A stretch of 64,000 nt of DNA from Candidatus Versatilivorator sp. (GTDB lineage Bacteria > Acidobacteriota > Terriglobia > Versatilivoradales > Versatilivoraceae). Positions within the stretch are counted from its first letter, which is position 1. Every line of letters starts with the position of its first letter. The notes under the pieces were generated by a model. The model had not been told where the DNA came from. It ran no database searches and worked only from the letters and a program-made list of their open reading frames with translations. The stretch covers positions 796,257 through 860,256 of the forward strand of contig OZ242296.1 in the NCBI GenBank assembly GCA_965207735.1, read 5' to 3'. Below are positions 62,978 through 64,000 of the stretch, piece by piece. Position numbers and translations under genes: made by a program.

Positions 62978-64000
62978 GTCTCCTACTGGTAGGACTAAGC
63001 CACAAGACAGCTCCGGTCGAAATCCGTGAGAGGCTTCACTTTCCGGATTCCAGTCTGCAAGAGGCATTGCAGCGCCTCACCTCCCAGTCGGCCATTGCCG
63101 AGAGTTTGATCCTGTCGACCTGCAATCGGACAGAGGTTCTGGCCCACTCGGCCGACGCTCAACGCGGGGTGATGCTGGTCAGAAACTTCATCTCCGATTT
63201 CCACCGCCAGCCGGAAAGGTCGTTACACCCCTACCTCTACGACCTGACCCATTCCGAGGTGGTGCGCCATGTGTTCCGTGTTGCCAGCAGTCTGGATTCG
63301 ATGGTGCTGGGGGAACCTCAGATATTGGGTCAGTTCAAGACCGCGTTCAGTCTGGCCCGCAGGATCGGCTCCGTGGGGGATGCTCTGAGTCCGCTGATTC
63401 GTCGAGCCTTTTTTGTGGCTAAACGGGTGCGCTCGGAGACCGCCATCTCCAGCGCTGCAGTTTCGGTCAGCTTTGCCGCAGTGGAATTGGCCAGAAAGAT
63501 TTTCGACCACTTGAGCGGACGCACGGTATTGCTGATGGGCGCCGGAAAGATGAGCGAACTGGCGGCGAAGCACCTGATATCCCAGGGAATCACCCAACTG
63601 CTGGTCTGGAACCGGACCTATCGGCGAGCCGTGGAAATGGCCAGGGACCTGAATGGCGAGGCTATTCCCCCGGAAGAGCTCTTTCGCCATGTCGAACGGG
63701 CCGATATTCTCATATGCTCCACCGGTTCCCCCGGGTTCATCCTCACCAAGTCCGACGGGCAGCGGTTGATCCAGTTGCGCAAGAACCGGCCGGTCTTCAT
63801 CATCGATATCGCGGTTCCCCGAGACGTGGATCCCGAGGTGAACGACCTGGACAACCTGTTTCTCTACGACATCGACGACCTGCAGCATGTTGTCGACGCC
63901 AACCTCAAGCAGCGCCTCAGGGAGGCCCATGTTGCGGAAGCCATCGTCCAGGAGGAAGTCCAGTCCTTCATCAAGCAAGCGCGAGGGTTGGATGTGGCTC
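62974..64000 (+). CDS. hemA: Glutamyl-tRNA reductase, N-terminal ~342 aa (3' end outside window); absent from the supplied ORF track
   Basis: My own translation from the ATG at 62974: 'MSLLLVGLSHKTAPVEIRERLHF...LILSTCNRTEVL...SLDSMVLGEPQILGQFK...VLLMGAGKMSELAAKHL...FIIDIAVPRDVD'. This gives the catalytic TCNR(T)E Cys, the GEPQILGQ motif and an NADPH Rossmann fold. The frame is open to the window end. Confidence 0.9.
   Translation, partial: MSLLLVGLSHKTAPVEIRERLHFPDSSLQEALQRLTSQSAIAESLILSTCNRTEVLAHSADAQRGVMLVRNFISDFHRQPERSLHPYLYDLTHSEVVRHVFRVASSLDSMVLGEPQILGQFKTAFSLARRIGSVGDALSPLIRRAFFVAKRVRSETAISSAAVSVSFAAVELARKIFDHLSGRTVLLMGAGKMSELAAKHLISQGITQLLVWNRTYRRAVEMARDLNGEAIPPEELFRHVERADILICSTGSPGFILTKSDGQRLIQLRKNRPVFIIDIAVPRDVDPEVNDLDNLFLYDIDDLQHVVDANLKQRLREAHVAEAIVQEEVQSFIKQARGLDVA

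Noticed and set aside
63223-63978. 251-aa minus-strand ORF
   Set aside because: Antisense shadow of hemA, whose + frame has unmistakable motifs.

Overview
64 kb, high-GC (about 60% by eye) bacterial chromosomal window, gene-dense on both strands. All calls come from reading the supplied translations and the DNA; no database search was run. Gene content suggests an Acidobacteriota-like soil or sediment organism, but that is inference only. Gene content: a partial CusA-type RND pump, two tRNAs (Leu-UAA, Glu-CUC), lipA, rlpA, a block of metabolic enzymes, and a TonB-dependent receptor next to a Fur::ferritin-like fusion regulator. Further on lie an OsmC protein and a CoxSLMG-type molybdo-hydroxylase operon whose large subunit has a form-II-like motif. 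There is also a split atpZ-atpI-atpB-atpE operon, an orphan nuoL-nuoM pair, and a PQQ-dehydrogenase / pentaheme cytochrome / porin block. The right end holds housekeeping genes: M23 peptidase, rluB, scpB, scpA, trpS, an M50 protease, a ccsA-like gene and hemA. hemA is missing from the supplied ORF track and runs off the window end. Mobile and repeat content is high. I find three IS elements with identifiable inverted repeats and target duplications (IS4/IS5-type, IS1634-type, IS1182-type) and an IS-derived MITE. There is also a 3-copy family of ~150 bp MITE-like repeats, a RayT/IS200-like remnant, and an ORF-less group II intron-like ribozyme enclosed by a ~16-20 bp inverted repeat. The most interesting region is 19.9-32.3 kb. 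It is a tight co-directional operon encoding a NifS-like desulfurase, a GcvH-like carrier, a CxCC G3E GTPase, a Cys-containing small protein, a ferredoxin and a radical SAM enzyme. The operon ends with a DUF116::polyprenyl-synthase fusion and a stand-alone alpha/alpha-barrel prenyltransferase-repeat protein, and it sits next to squalene-hopene cyclase. I cannot map this set onto any described pathway and flag it as a candidate uncharacterised isoprenoid-lipid or cofactor system. No rRNA, CRISPR array, prophage or recognisable defence system was seen. Many long ORFs in the track are antisense shadow ORFs typical of high-GC DNA and were rejected.
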